This document shows, piece after piece, positions 49,026 through 56,777 of a stretch of 64,000 nucleotides of DNA. Below the pieces are notes generated by a model, which did not search any database, had not been told where the DNA came from, and saw only the letters and a list, made by a program, of their open reading frames with translations. Position 1 is the stretch's first letter. Each line of letters begins with the position of its first letter. A program made the position numbers and the translations under genes. Source of the DNA: a virus. The DNA lies in the IMG/VR virus record IMGVR_UViG_3300009184_000033, positions 32,001-96,000 of that record. The stretch is one strand, 5' to 3'.

Positions 49026-51089
49026 TCAATCCAGTGTCGGCACTAATCCACCGCACACTGCGTACCAACCGTTGTCATTTCCACCGGCAACAAACTTTGC
49101 AACTAGCTCGACCCACTGCCTCTGCGTGGGGAGCGTCACAGATCCAAGGCCTGAAGTGCCAAGAACAATAACATTCTCGGTGCCATCTGGCTTGATTGTT
49201 CCAGTGCCACCTGCAAATATCATGTTGGAAATTGTCAGCACCCTACCGTGGATCGACTCAGAAAGAGCAGGAAGAGCTAAATCTGCTGTTGCCGTGAACC
49301 TTATGTAGCGTGCAGTGCTGCTTACTCCAACATTGGATGAAACAACTTGAATGTCGCTTGCGTAGAAGTCGCCATTGTACTCGAATGATCCGCTGACAGT
49401 TGTCTTTCCGCCTTGTGCAGTGCCGAGATTGATTACTGTCTTTGAGCCGCTTGCATTTCCTGTACCAATGTTGACTGTCTTGTCATTACCAGAAGTTGAA
49501 GTTCCTGTGCCAATGTTGTAGGTTGAAGCGCCTGTCGAACCACCGCCTATTGTCACCGTCTGGGCTGCAGAAGCGCCGCCGATGTTGAGAGTGGTAGCAG
49601 TTCCAGCAAAACTTACCGTTGTCGCAATCGTGTTCAGGACGTTGACACTGGTGAATCCTGTCGAGGGTATCAAATCACCGTTGAAGTAGGTCCTGCCGCG
49701 GTGCTCAGTGTCTGCGCTTGATAGCCTTATTGCAACTGCACCCGATGATGACTGGATGTCGTTGCCAGAGATGTTGACGCCGTTGTAGACGCCCATCTGG
49801 GCACCAACAATAAGCTTTGAGAAGTTTACCTGTCCAATGGTGAGGGTGTTGTTTCCAAGCGTCGGGAATAGATTTATGTCTTTGGTCGAAGGTATGTCGA
49901 TCGTGTTTGCACTGCCAATGACTAACGCGCCCGAGAGATAGAGGTTGTTCCCGTTTGAAGTGTACCAGAGCCCACCGCTTCCGCTGAATGCGCTTCCAGC
50001 CGCATTTGCCAGCTGTATCTGGTTTCCAGCGCCGCCTGGAGTTCCTCCACCTGTAGCTCCAATAGTCCACTGACCGTTTGTGGCATTGTAACTGACCGTT
50101 GCGTTTCCACTCTGTGCCAAGAATGCCGTGGAGCCATCGACAGTGCCAATCGATCCGGTCATGTTTCTGGCCATGAACGAGCCAGTGACGGCTGTCAGGT
50201 CAGAGGAGTCATTGCCAAGCAGAGACGTACCAGAGACAATCAAGTTTCCTGAGACCGCGACATTGCTTCCAGTTGTCTGGATTGCCACAGCTCCGGCGCT
50301 TGACTTGATTTCATTTCCCTTGAGCTGGAAGTTTGTGGCCGTGATTGTGCCTGAGACATACAGGTTGTTTCCGTTCGAAGTGAACCAAAGCCCGCCGCTT
50401 CCGCTGAAAGCCGTGCCTGCTGAGTCCGCTAGCTGTACCTGATTGGAAGCTCCACCTGGAGTTCCACCACCACCCGATGCGCCGATTGTCCACTGCCCAG
50501 TGGCACTGTTGAAGCTCACGGTAGCATTTCCACTCTGTGCAAGAAATGGCGTAGATCCATCGACCGATGAGATCGAGCCAGTGATGTTTCTAGAGAGCAG
50601 AGATCCAGTTATGGTAGTCTTGTTCGAAGAATTCTGTCCAAGAGTAGAGTTTCCTGAGGTGTAGACACCACCCGAGACGTACAGGTTGTTTCCATTTGAC
50701 GTGAACCAAAGTCCAGAGCTGGCACTCATGGCACTAGCGCCGGCATTCGCCATCTGGATCTGGTTCACAAATCCCGCAGGAGTTCCTCCGCCACTGGCAC
50801 CAATCGTCCACTGTCCACTTGCGGCATTGTAGCTTACTGTGGCGCCAGAACCCTGGGTCAGGAAAGCCGTGGAGCCATCGACAGTGCCAATGGATCCAGT
50901 CATGCTCCGCGCCTTGAACGATCCAGTGACCTGCACCTGGTCAGCCAGCGTGTCTCCCATGTAGGAAGATCCGCTCACGATCAGGTTGTTGTTCACAGAA
51001 TTGATGGAGCCAAGAAGCAGTGAGTAGCTTCCATCAGATCCGCTGTATGTGTATGTGGTCCCAGGGACTAGCGACAATTTGCTGGCCAA
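49026..51089 (-). CDS. Tail fibre-like protein with three ~106-aa repeats (687 aa)
   Basis: TTG start with GGAG upstream; repeated GQWTIGASGGG...GLWFTSNGNNLY. Confidence 0.75.
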   Translation of the reverse strand: MASKLSLVPGTTYTYSGSDGSYSLLLGSINSVNNNLIVSGSSYMGDTLADQVQVTGSFKARSMTGSIGTVDGSTAFLTQGSGATVSYNAASGQWTIGASGGGTPAGFVNQIQMANAGASAMSASSGLWFTSNGNNLYVSGGVYTSGNSTLGQNSSNKTTITGSLLSRNITGSISSVDGSTPFLAQSGNATVSFNSATGQWTIGASGGGGTPGGASNQVQLADSAGTAFSGSGGLWFTSNGNNLYVSGTITATNFQLKGNEIKSSAGAVAIQTTGSNVAVSGNLIVSGTSLLGNDSSDLTAVTGSFMARNMTGSIGTVDGSTAFLAQSGNATVSYNATNGQWTIGATGGGTPGGAGNQIQLANAAGSAFSGSGGLWYTSNGNNLYLSGALVIGSANTIDIPSTKDINLFPTLGNNTLTIGQVNFSKLIVGAQMGVYNGVNISGNDIQSSSGAVAIRLSSADTEHRGRTYFNGDLIPSTGFTSVNVLNTIATTVSFAGTATTLNIGGASAAQTVTIGGGSTGASTYNIGTGTSTSGNDKTVNIGTGNASGSKTVINLGTAQGGKTTVSGSFEYNGDFYASDIQVVSSNVGVSSTARYIRFTATADLALPALSESIHGRVLTISNMIFAGGTGTIKPDGTENVIVLGTSGLGSVTLPTQRQWVELVAKFVAGGNDNGWYAVCGGLVPTLD
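49926..50987 (-). repeat. Three ~106-aa repeats
   Basis: The W of GQWTIG lies at 50810, 50492 and 50069 (spacings 318 and 423 nt; the second interval carries a 35-aa insert). Confidence 0.9.
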
Positions 51090-51112
51090 TCTACGCTCCA
51101 GTTCTCACTGAC

Positions 51113-51119
51113 TAAGTAT
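51113..51119 (-). promoter_or_regulatory. Candidate late-promoter motif ATACTTA
   Basis: 24 nt upstream of the 687-aa fibre start. Confidence 0.45.
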
Positions 51120-51184
51120 CACTCTCTAGAGCCGCGCCACTGATGACAAAATGAACATAGCGTTTTGGACTCTTATAGTATCTC

Positions 51185-51448
51185 ATGGCGGAGATCATGA
51201 AAGACACTGTAATACCTGAGACCACTTGCTTTGAGGAGCACAAGAAGCGCTCACTGACCTGCGAGAAGTCGAGCTGCAGAAACTGGATGAAGTGCGGTGA
51301 GCACCTCAATTGCGCGATTCTTGCGGCTGATACTGGACCCTGGATCCTTCAGGACATTGGTGACATCTTTGGCGTCACCAGGATGAGAATCTGCCAGATC
51401 GAGAAGGACATCATCGGGAAGCTGGCAAAGACTGAGCTCGGTACATAG
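51185..51448 (+). CDS. Small Cys-rich protein with sigma70 region-4 HTH (87 aa)
   Basis: WILQDIGDIFGVTRMRICQIEK matches the region 4.2 consensus (TL.EIG..FGVTRERIRQIE). N-terminal C/H cluster. The only convincing plus-strand gene. Confidence 0.8.
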   Translation: MAEIMKDTVIPETTCFEEHKKRSLTCEKSSCRNWMKCGEHLNCAILAADTGPWILQDIGDIFGVTRMRICQIEKDIIGKLAKTELGT

Positions 51449-51452
51449 AGAA

Positions 51453-51476
51453 ATCGCCGGCCTCTCGACCGGCGAT
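51453..51476. terminator. Hairpin between convergent genes
   Basis: ATCGCCGG-cctctcga-CCGGCGAT. Confidence 0.65.
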
Positions 51477-51495
51477 GCGCCTCTGCCTGAGGAAT

Positions 51496-51693
51496 TTACT
51501 CCTCAGTCTTTCGATCCTTCTCGACCTCGAGGCTCTCCTTCACCAGGGCGGCAACCTCGGTCTTCAGGAGGCGAAGTCCCTTTCGGGCTCGAATGCCAGC
51601 ACTGGCATTTCCATTCTCCTGCTTTGCAATGTCGAGGTCCAAGCTATCGACCAGGACCTTGATCTCTTCCCACTTGCTCTTTAGATTTGCCAT
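51496..51693 (-). CDS. Histone H1-like Hc1-family protein (65 aa)
   Basis: K..NGNASAGIRARKGL..LK....L.K.SL matches the Hc1 core; AGGAG Shine-Dalgarno. Confidence 0.8.
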   Translation of the reverse strand: MANLKSKWEEIKVLVDSLDLDIAKQENGNASAGIRARKGLRLLKTEVAALVKESLEVEKDRKTEE

Positions 51694-51703
51694 GTTGTCT
51701 CTC

Positions 51704-51943
51704 CTAAGTTATGATTGGACTGGAACTCTGAGCCTCGTCGAGTCCATCGAGCAGAGGCTTCACGACTTCCACGACGCCCTCAAGAGCGTCTCTATCTTCT
51801 AGCTCAAGGGCTAGCAAGTAGATTATCTTTGTGATCTGATACTGAGAAACTCCAAACTTGAGTATCTCTTGCGTAATCTCGCGAGACTTGATCGACTCTT
51901 CGACCCTCTTCTCGCCCTCAATCTGACCGTATAGCTTTGTCAC
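51704..51943 (-). CDS. Hypothetical protein (79 aa)
   Basis: GTGA overlap with the upstream gene. Confidence 0.65.
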   Translation of the reverse strand: MTKLYGQIEGEKRVEESIKSREITQEILKFGVSQYQITKIIYLLALELEDRDALEGVVEVVKPLLDGLDEAQSSSPIIT

Positions 51944-52398
51944 ATATCCTCCGTGTTGAAGGGCTCGACCCTGAAGTTTGTCGGTCCATCAATCCGCAAG
52001 ATCTTCCCAGAAGTTCCGCCCTCAAGCTCTTCACGGACCAGCGTTGTCCATGTTCCCCACTTCTGGTTGTGGAAAGCAAACTGGACTAGCTGCCAGGTCG
52101 CCAGGTCGCACGAATAAGACTCAAGGACGTTGGACAGAGATGTCGGAAGCGTCAGCTTGATGTCTTTTTCAGTGATCATCGACCTGAGCTCGTCTTTGCC
52201 GATCATGATTTCAGACTTACAGACGTCAGTGATCTTGTGGACAGCCCCGCAATTATTGCACTGTGCATGGGCCTGCTGGACCTTTCCCTCGTCATCAATG
52301 ACACTGAAGACGACAAACTTGTGAAACACCTGATTCGGCTTGCCCTTTAGCTGGGGCAAGATGCACATACACTCGATCAGATGTTTTGTCCCCTCCAT
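51940..52398 (-). CDS. Hypothetical protein with probable Zn ribbon (152 aa)
   Basis: ECMC...QCNNCGAVH...C. Confidence 0.65.
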   Translation of the reverse strand: MEGTKHLIECMCILPQLKGKPNQVFHKFVVFSVIDDEGKVQQAHAQCNNCGAVHKITDVCKSEIMIGKDELRSMITEKDIKLTLPTSLSNVLESYSCDLATWQLVQFAFHNQKWGTWTTLVREELEGGTSGKILRIDGPTNFRVEPFNTEDM

Positions 52399-52399
52399 G

Positions 52400-52633
52400 T
52401 CAGTTGTACAGTCTCACCAGCTGGTCAAGAGCAACAGTGCGGCTCTTCTCGTTGCAGACTCGAAGAAGCTCTGCAATCCTCTGTACCGACTCATCATCGA
52501 GCTTCAGTAGGCGTCGATTCTCTAAGATTGCCGTAAGAGACTCGTTTCGATTGATCTCAAACACGTCATTGATCATCTGGCCAACCTGGCCCTGCTTCGG
52601 ACCAGAGGGCTGTGAACTTGCAGGCTTTAACAT
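52400..52633 (-). CDS. Hypothetical protein (77 aa)
   Basis: Start moved to ATG 52633, which has an AGGAG Shine-Dalgarno. The longer tracked ORF would overlap the YkuK-like gene. Confidence 0.6.
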   Translation of the reverse strand: MLKPASSQPSGPKQGQVGQMINDVFEINRNESLTAILENRRLLKLDDESVQRIAELLRVCNEKSRTVALDQLVRLYN

Positions 52634-52664
52634 TTTTATTGTACTCCTGAGGAAGTCTAAGACA

Positions 52665-53171
52665 TTAAGCAGCGTTAGTAAATGCATTTTTGGTCTTTTT
52701 GTCCGCGAGACAGCTGGCAGCCCAAGACTCTGGCTTGATGATCGGCTTGAAACCCATTCCCTGGACATATGACTGGAGGCTCTTCTGGCAAACAGAAGAT
52801 CCAGCAGAAGGGTCACTGTTGCAGTCCAGGTGGACTGAGATGTCGAGGCTCTCATTTCTGTCGCGAAGTGTCTGGGCAACTTCAAGCGAGTGTGAAGTCT
52901 CGAGCTCCAGCCTCTTCCTGAGATTTGGCACAGAGCTCTTCATGATCTTCTCTCGAGACCAGAAGTACTTGCCACCACGTCCAGGTCGATAGAGGGCAAT
53001 CACAGTGACGAAAGAGACCTGCTTGCCCTTGGGGTCAGAGTCAGTTCCAACGTGGAGCTCAGCACCGCTCGAGATTTCTTCAAGGACCTGGTCGATGATT
53101 TCATTGAAGTCGTACTCGACCTGAGCTCCAGAAAACCAGTTTCTGTCCTGAATGTTCTTATCTGGTATCAT
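52665..53171 (-). CDS. Ribonuclease H-like YkuK (DUF458) family protein
   Basis: HVGTDSD, RLELETSHSLEVA, VHLD, and ASCLAD. Confidence 0.8.
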   Translation of the reverse strand: MIPDKNIQDRNWFSGAQVEYDFNEIIDQVLEEISSGAELHVGTDSDPKGKQVSFVTVIALYRPGRGGKYFWSREKIMKSSVPNLRKRLELETSHSLEVAQTLRDRNESLDISVHLDCNSDPSAGSSVCQKSLQSYVQGMGFKPIIKPESWAASCLADKKTKNAFTNAA

Positions 53172-54468
53172 TTGCGATCACAGCTCCTATCTTTCTCATG
53201 GAATCTGCCAGCTCAGTGCCAATCTTCATTCCACTAACCAGAGATCCAGCTGGCAAGGACCTAATTTTAGGTAGCAGATCAGAGGTGGAAATTCCCTCAA
53301 CGTCTCCTGCTGAGATTCTACCCGTCAAACAGAACCCGTTTACGATCCCAAGCGCAGAACGTATGCGGTCTTCGATAAGTCCAGACATCTCACCAACGCT
53401 GCGACCCAGCCAGATCTCAACAACGGCAGGGTTTAGGTTGGCCGCTCGATCCTCAAAGAGCTTACGCTTGTCTTCGACTTGCTCGCTTGCAGCCTGATCC
53501 AGAAGCCACCTGGCGTGTTCCCAGACGCTGTGGGAACGTTCAGGATTTTCGATAGTGCACTCTCTTACGCTAGACACGATCCTCTTGACGCTTGGAATTT
53601 CTTCTAGCTTTATGCTCGAGATCAGGTCGCCCTTGAGCGGCGAGACAGCCGAATGACCAATGCATACGCAAAGGTCACGGATCAAGTTTATCGTATCCAA
53701 GCTCGTGGGCACAATGTGCGGAATGACCCTCAGAGACCCTCTGAGGTAGTTCACTGCAAGTGTGTGGATTACTTCTGGTTCGAATCCCCGGGCAAACAGA
53801 AACAATCTGCGTTTGGTCTGTGAGTATGATTCGAGTATGTGGTTGATCTCTGAGACGGTGGTGACTACTCCATCGATTGCAGCAACGTCACAGTCGAGAA
53901 AATCAAAAGTCTTCTGGCCAGAGCCCTGGCAGAAATTTGGATCGACCCCAGCTCCAAACCTGTAGCCCTCGTGGACTTTGATTCTGATGTCGAACTCATC
54001 AGATCTCTTCAGGCGAATTGTGCCAGAACTTCCCGCGGCGGCAAGGGCTTGTCTAACCACCGCGGTGGTGATGGGGCATGATGAGACATGAGATAACGCG
54101 GCATTGAGCTCATCTATGTCCATGAACCTCGAAGTGTGGCTGATCTCATGCAGGTCCTTTTTACCAGATCCGAGATAAGATGACACGAATCCGCAGACCA
54201 CAAAATAGCTGGATCCTGGAATCTTCCTCTCGGCTGAGACAATCGCCTCAATGAGCGCAGCCCTACAAGACCTTGCTGACATTGAATTCGCACGCTGTTC
54301 GTGGACGACACGAAGGCAATCAAGGTACTCGAGCCTCTCAGCGCGATTTCCAAATGAGACTGTGAGATGGCCATCACGAAGCTTCTTCACCGAAGCCTCA
54401 AGAGACTCAACCCATGAACGGATCTCGTCGTGGTGCTGGTCTCCTGAGATGGGAAGGCTATTTTCCAT
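53158..54468 (-). CDS. Highly divergent GroEL/Cpn60-like protein lacking ATPase motifs (436 aa)
   Basis: EGYRFGAG corresponds to EGMQFDRG; RLFLFARGFEPEVIHTLAVNYLRG to [30 protein letters not shown]...VEIWLG to ERVAKL...AVIKVG. Confidence 0.75.
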   Translation of the reverse strand: MENSLPISGDQHHDEIRSWVESLEASVKKLRDGHLTVSFGNRAERLEYLDCLRVVHEQRANSMSARSCRAALIEAIVSAERKIPGSSYFVVCGFVSSYLGSGKKDLHEISHTSRFMDIDELNAALSHVSSCPITTAVVRQALAAAGSSGTIRLKRSDEFDIRIKVHEGYRFGAGVDPNFCQGSGQKTFDFLDCDVAAIDGVVTTVSEINHILESYSQTKRRLFLFARGFEPEVIHTLAVNYLRGSLRVIPHIVPTSLDTINLIRDLCVCIGHSAVSPLKGDLISSIKLEEIPSVKRIVSSVRECTIENPERSHSVWEHARWLLDQAASEQVEDKRKLFEDRAANLNPAVVEIWLGRSVGEMSGLIEDRIRSALGIVNGFCLTGRISAGDVEGISTSDLLPKIRSLPAGSLVSGMKIGTELADSMRKIGAVIANDTR

Positions 54469-54740
54469 TAGTTGACGCTCTCGTTCTTGTTTTTGACAAA
54501 GCTCGAGAGATTTATCGCAGATCCACGCTCCGCAAGTTTAGAAGTCAATGATTCCACTGTCTTGCTGAGGATCTCTGCCTGATTCTTCTTCTCCTGAGAG
54601 ATGTAAGCAAGCCTGAGGAAAGATCCCGCAGATCCCACAGTGATGAGGGACCACCCAGGAATGACCTGACCAATCCCAAGCAGCGCAATACCGCCCGCAA
54701 CCATGATCTCAGGTACCCCAATTGTAATGTTCATTGACAC
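54468..54740 (-). CDS. Small membrane protein (90 aa)
   Basis: Two short hydrophobic segments at the N-terminus; AGGAG Shine-Dalgarno. Confidence 0.6.
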   Translation of the reverse strand: MSMNITIGVPEIMVAGGIALLGIGQVIPGWSLITVGSAGSFLRLAYISQEKKNQAEILSKTVESLTSKLAERGSAINLSSFVKNKNESVN

Positions 54741-54781
54741 TCCTCTTCACAATCTATATTGATTTCGAGAGTGTATAGAGC

Positions 54782-54812
54782 AAAAACTGAAATGGCCCGC
54801 CGAAGCGGGCCA
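54782..54812 (-). terminator. Rho-independent terminator after prkA
   Basis: TGGCCCGC-TTCG-GCGGGCCA followed by TTTCAGTTTTT on the minus strand. Confidence 0.85.
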
Positions 54813-54827
54813 GTCCAGGGCTAAATA

Positions 54828-56768
54828 TCAGCTATCGCGCCACAGGTTGTTGCTGGCAAAGGTAAGGACCTCTTCCGCAGACTCCGGGGTGTATCCGTAC
54901 TCGTCAACCATCGTGGTGATCATGTTGGAGTACTTCTTCTGCTGCTCGTCGTCCCTGGTCTTCGACTTGGTAACGATGCGCGCCATGTCCTTGACGGAGG
55001 CGATTAGGTAGCCCTCGATAGCCTCCTTGAGCGGCTCATAGGAGGTGTAGCTCACCTTCTCGTTGCGACGCATCTTGGCAAACATATAGGCGGTGACGTC
55101 TGACCTGAACCCGTCTCGAGAGGAAGCCACAATGCCGATCTGCTCCTCGATTGCTCGCATGAACTTCTCGTCAGGCTCACGCTCCTCTCTTGTGACTCGA
55201 TCCTTGATCTTCTGGCGAGTGGTGTGGGCCTCGGCATTGTCAAGGTAGTTGTCAAACAGGGACTGTGCTTGCTCCTCGTAGGCCGTCACAAACGCCTTTG
55301 CGATCTCGGTCTCGAGGATCTTCAGGTACTCCTCGCGGACGACCTTCTGGATGAGCTCAAGGCACCGGGTGCGGAACTCTTCGTCGATTACCTGCTCCTG
55401 CACCTGCTTGGTGACTGCGGACATCACCGAGATGGGCGTGATGAAGCTCTTTTCGGAATCAGAGAGCGCGTTGTCAATTGCCTTCATGATGAATCGGGTC
55501 GAGATGCCATTCATACCCTCATCACGGGACTCCTCACGGAGGTCCTTGATGTCGATCTTCTTGACCCTGCCCTTCTCGATCACTTCCTCACCGTTGTAGA
55601 TCTTCATCTTTGTCATGATGTCGCACTTCTGGGTCGGCTTCAGGCGGCTCATCACGGAGAACATCGAAGCGACCTTGATCGTGTGAGGGGCAATGTGCGC
55701 CTTGAAGTCAGACTTCTTGAGGATCTTCTCGTAGATCTTCATCTCCTGCGCCAGCTCGAGGACATAGGGGACGTTGATCTTGACGATTCGGTCGAGGATC
55801 GCCTCGTTGGTGTGCTGCGCGCGGAACCGGTTCCACTCGGCCTCGTTACAGTGCGCAAGGATCACACCATCGAAGTAGATCATGTCGTGCTTGCCAGGGG
55901 ACGGGACTCGCTTCTCCTGGGTGGCAGTGATGATAGTGTGGAGGAACTCGATCTCGTTCTTGAAGACTTCGACAAGCTCCACGATGCCACGGTTTCCGAC
56001 GTTGAACGCGCCGTTCAGGGACAGGATGCGGGGATCGTCCTCAGAGAACTTGTCAAGCTTTGAGATGTCCTCAGAGCCGATAAGGACCGATACGTCCTGC
56101 GAGTTTGCATCCATGGGCGGGACCACTGCAACACCACGACGAGCGCGCTGTGAGAACGTAGACTGTACGACCTGGAACTTCTCGTACTCGCCCTTGTACT
56201 TCTCGAGGAGGACGTGGCGGGCAACGGGACTGAGGTCACCCTCGATCTTCACGCCAAGCAGCTCTTCGAACTCTGGACGAAGGGAGCGGGGGATGAGCTG
56301 GAGAGGCTCTCCGCGCTGGGGGTCGTCCTTGAGGTGGTAGAACGGCTCAGCGTGCTCCACCGCCTTCTTTATGTGTTCTGCAAGGGCAGACTTGCCGGAA
56401 CCGACAGGACCCATGAGGAGCAGGACCTGGCGGCTCTCCTCACCCTTGAGGGATGCGGACTTCAGGAAGCGCATGATCTTTGCAATGACTCGCTCATGAC
56501 CAAAGAACTCGTCCTTGAAGTACTCGTAAAGCTTCAGGTTGTCACCGTCAAAGACCTTACGCTTGCGCGGGTCCTCATCCGGTATGATAGAGACTCCGAA
56601 ACCCTCGATGGTATCGTTGAGTCGCTTGTGGGCGTGCTTCACAACGCCCGGGTTATCACGGACCAGGTCGAGGTACTCAAGAAAGTTACCCTCGAACTTG
56701 GTGTCCGACTTGTTGTCCCTCTGGCTCTTGATGAGGTCGAGAAACTTGTTCTTGCTCTTATCCGACAT
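54828..56768 (-). CDS. prkA: PrkA/YeaG-family AAA+ serine protein kinase
   Basis: Walker A GPVGSGKS, LNGAFNVGNRGIVELVEVFK, NEAILDR, GMNGISTRF. ATG 56768 has GAGG upstream (a GTG at 56774 is the alternative start). Confidence 0.96.
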   Translation of the reverse strand: MSDKSKNKFLDLIKSQRDNKSDTKFEGNFLEYLDLVRDNPGVVKHAHKRLNDTIEGFGVSIIPDEDPRKRKVFDGDNLKLYEYFKDEFFGHERVIAKIMRFLKSASLKGEESRQVLLLMGPVGSGKSALAEHIKKAVEHAEPFYHLKDDPQRGEPLQLIPRSLRPEFEELLGVKIEGDLSPVARHVLLEKYKGEYEKFQVVQSTFSQRARRGVAVVPPMDANSQDVSVLIGSEDISKLDKFSEDDPRILSLNGAFNVGNRGIVELVEVFKNEIEFLHTIITATQEKRVPSPGKHDMIYFDGVILAHCNEAEWNRFRAQHTNEAILDRIVKINVPYVLELAQEMKIYEKILKKSDFKAHIAPHTIKVASMFSVMSRLKPTQKCDIMTKMKIYNGEEVIEKGRVKKIDIKDLREESRDEGMNGISTRFIMKAIDNALSDSEKSFITPISVMSAVTKQVQEQVIDEEFRTRCLELIQKVVREEYLKILETEIAKAFVTAYEEQAQSLFDNYLDNAEAHTTRQKIKDRVTREEREPDEKFMRAIEEQIGIVASSRDGFRSDVTAYMFAKMRRNEKVSYTSYEPLKEAIEGYLIASVKDMARIVTKSKTRDDEQQKKYSNMITTMVDEYGYTPESAEEVLTFASNNLWRDS

Positions 56769-56777
56769 TGACACCTC

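Noticed and set aside
54822-54828. ATATTTA immediately after the prkA stop
   Set aside because: It lies upstream of a strong terminator and about 80 nt from the next start, so it was not counted as a promoter instance. It also shows the motif can occur by chance.
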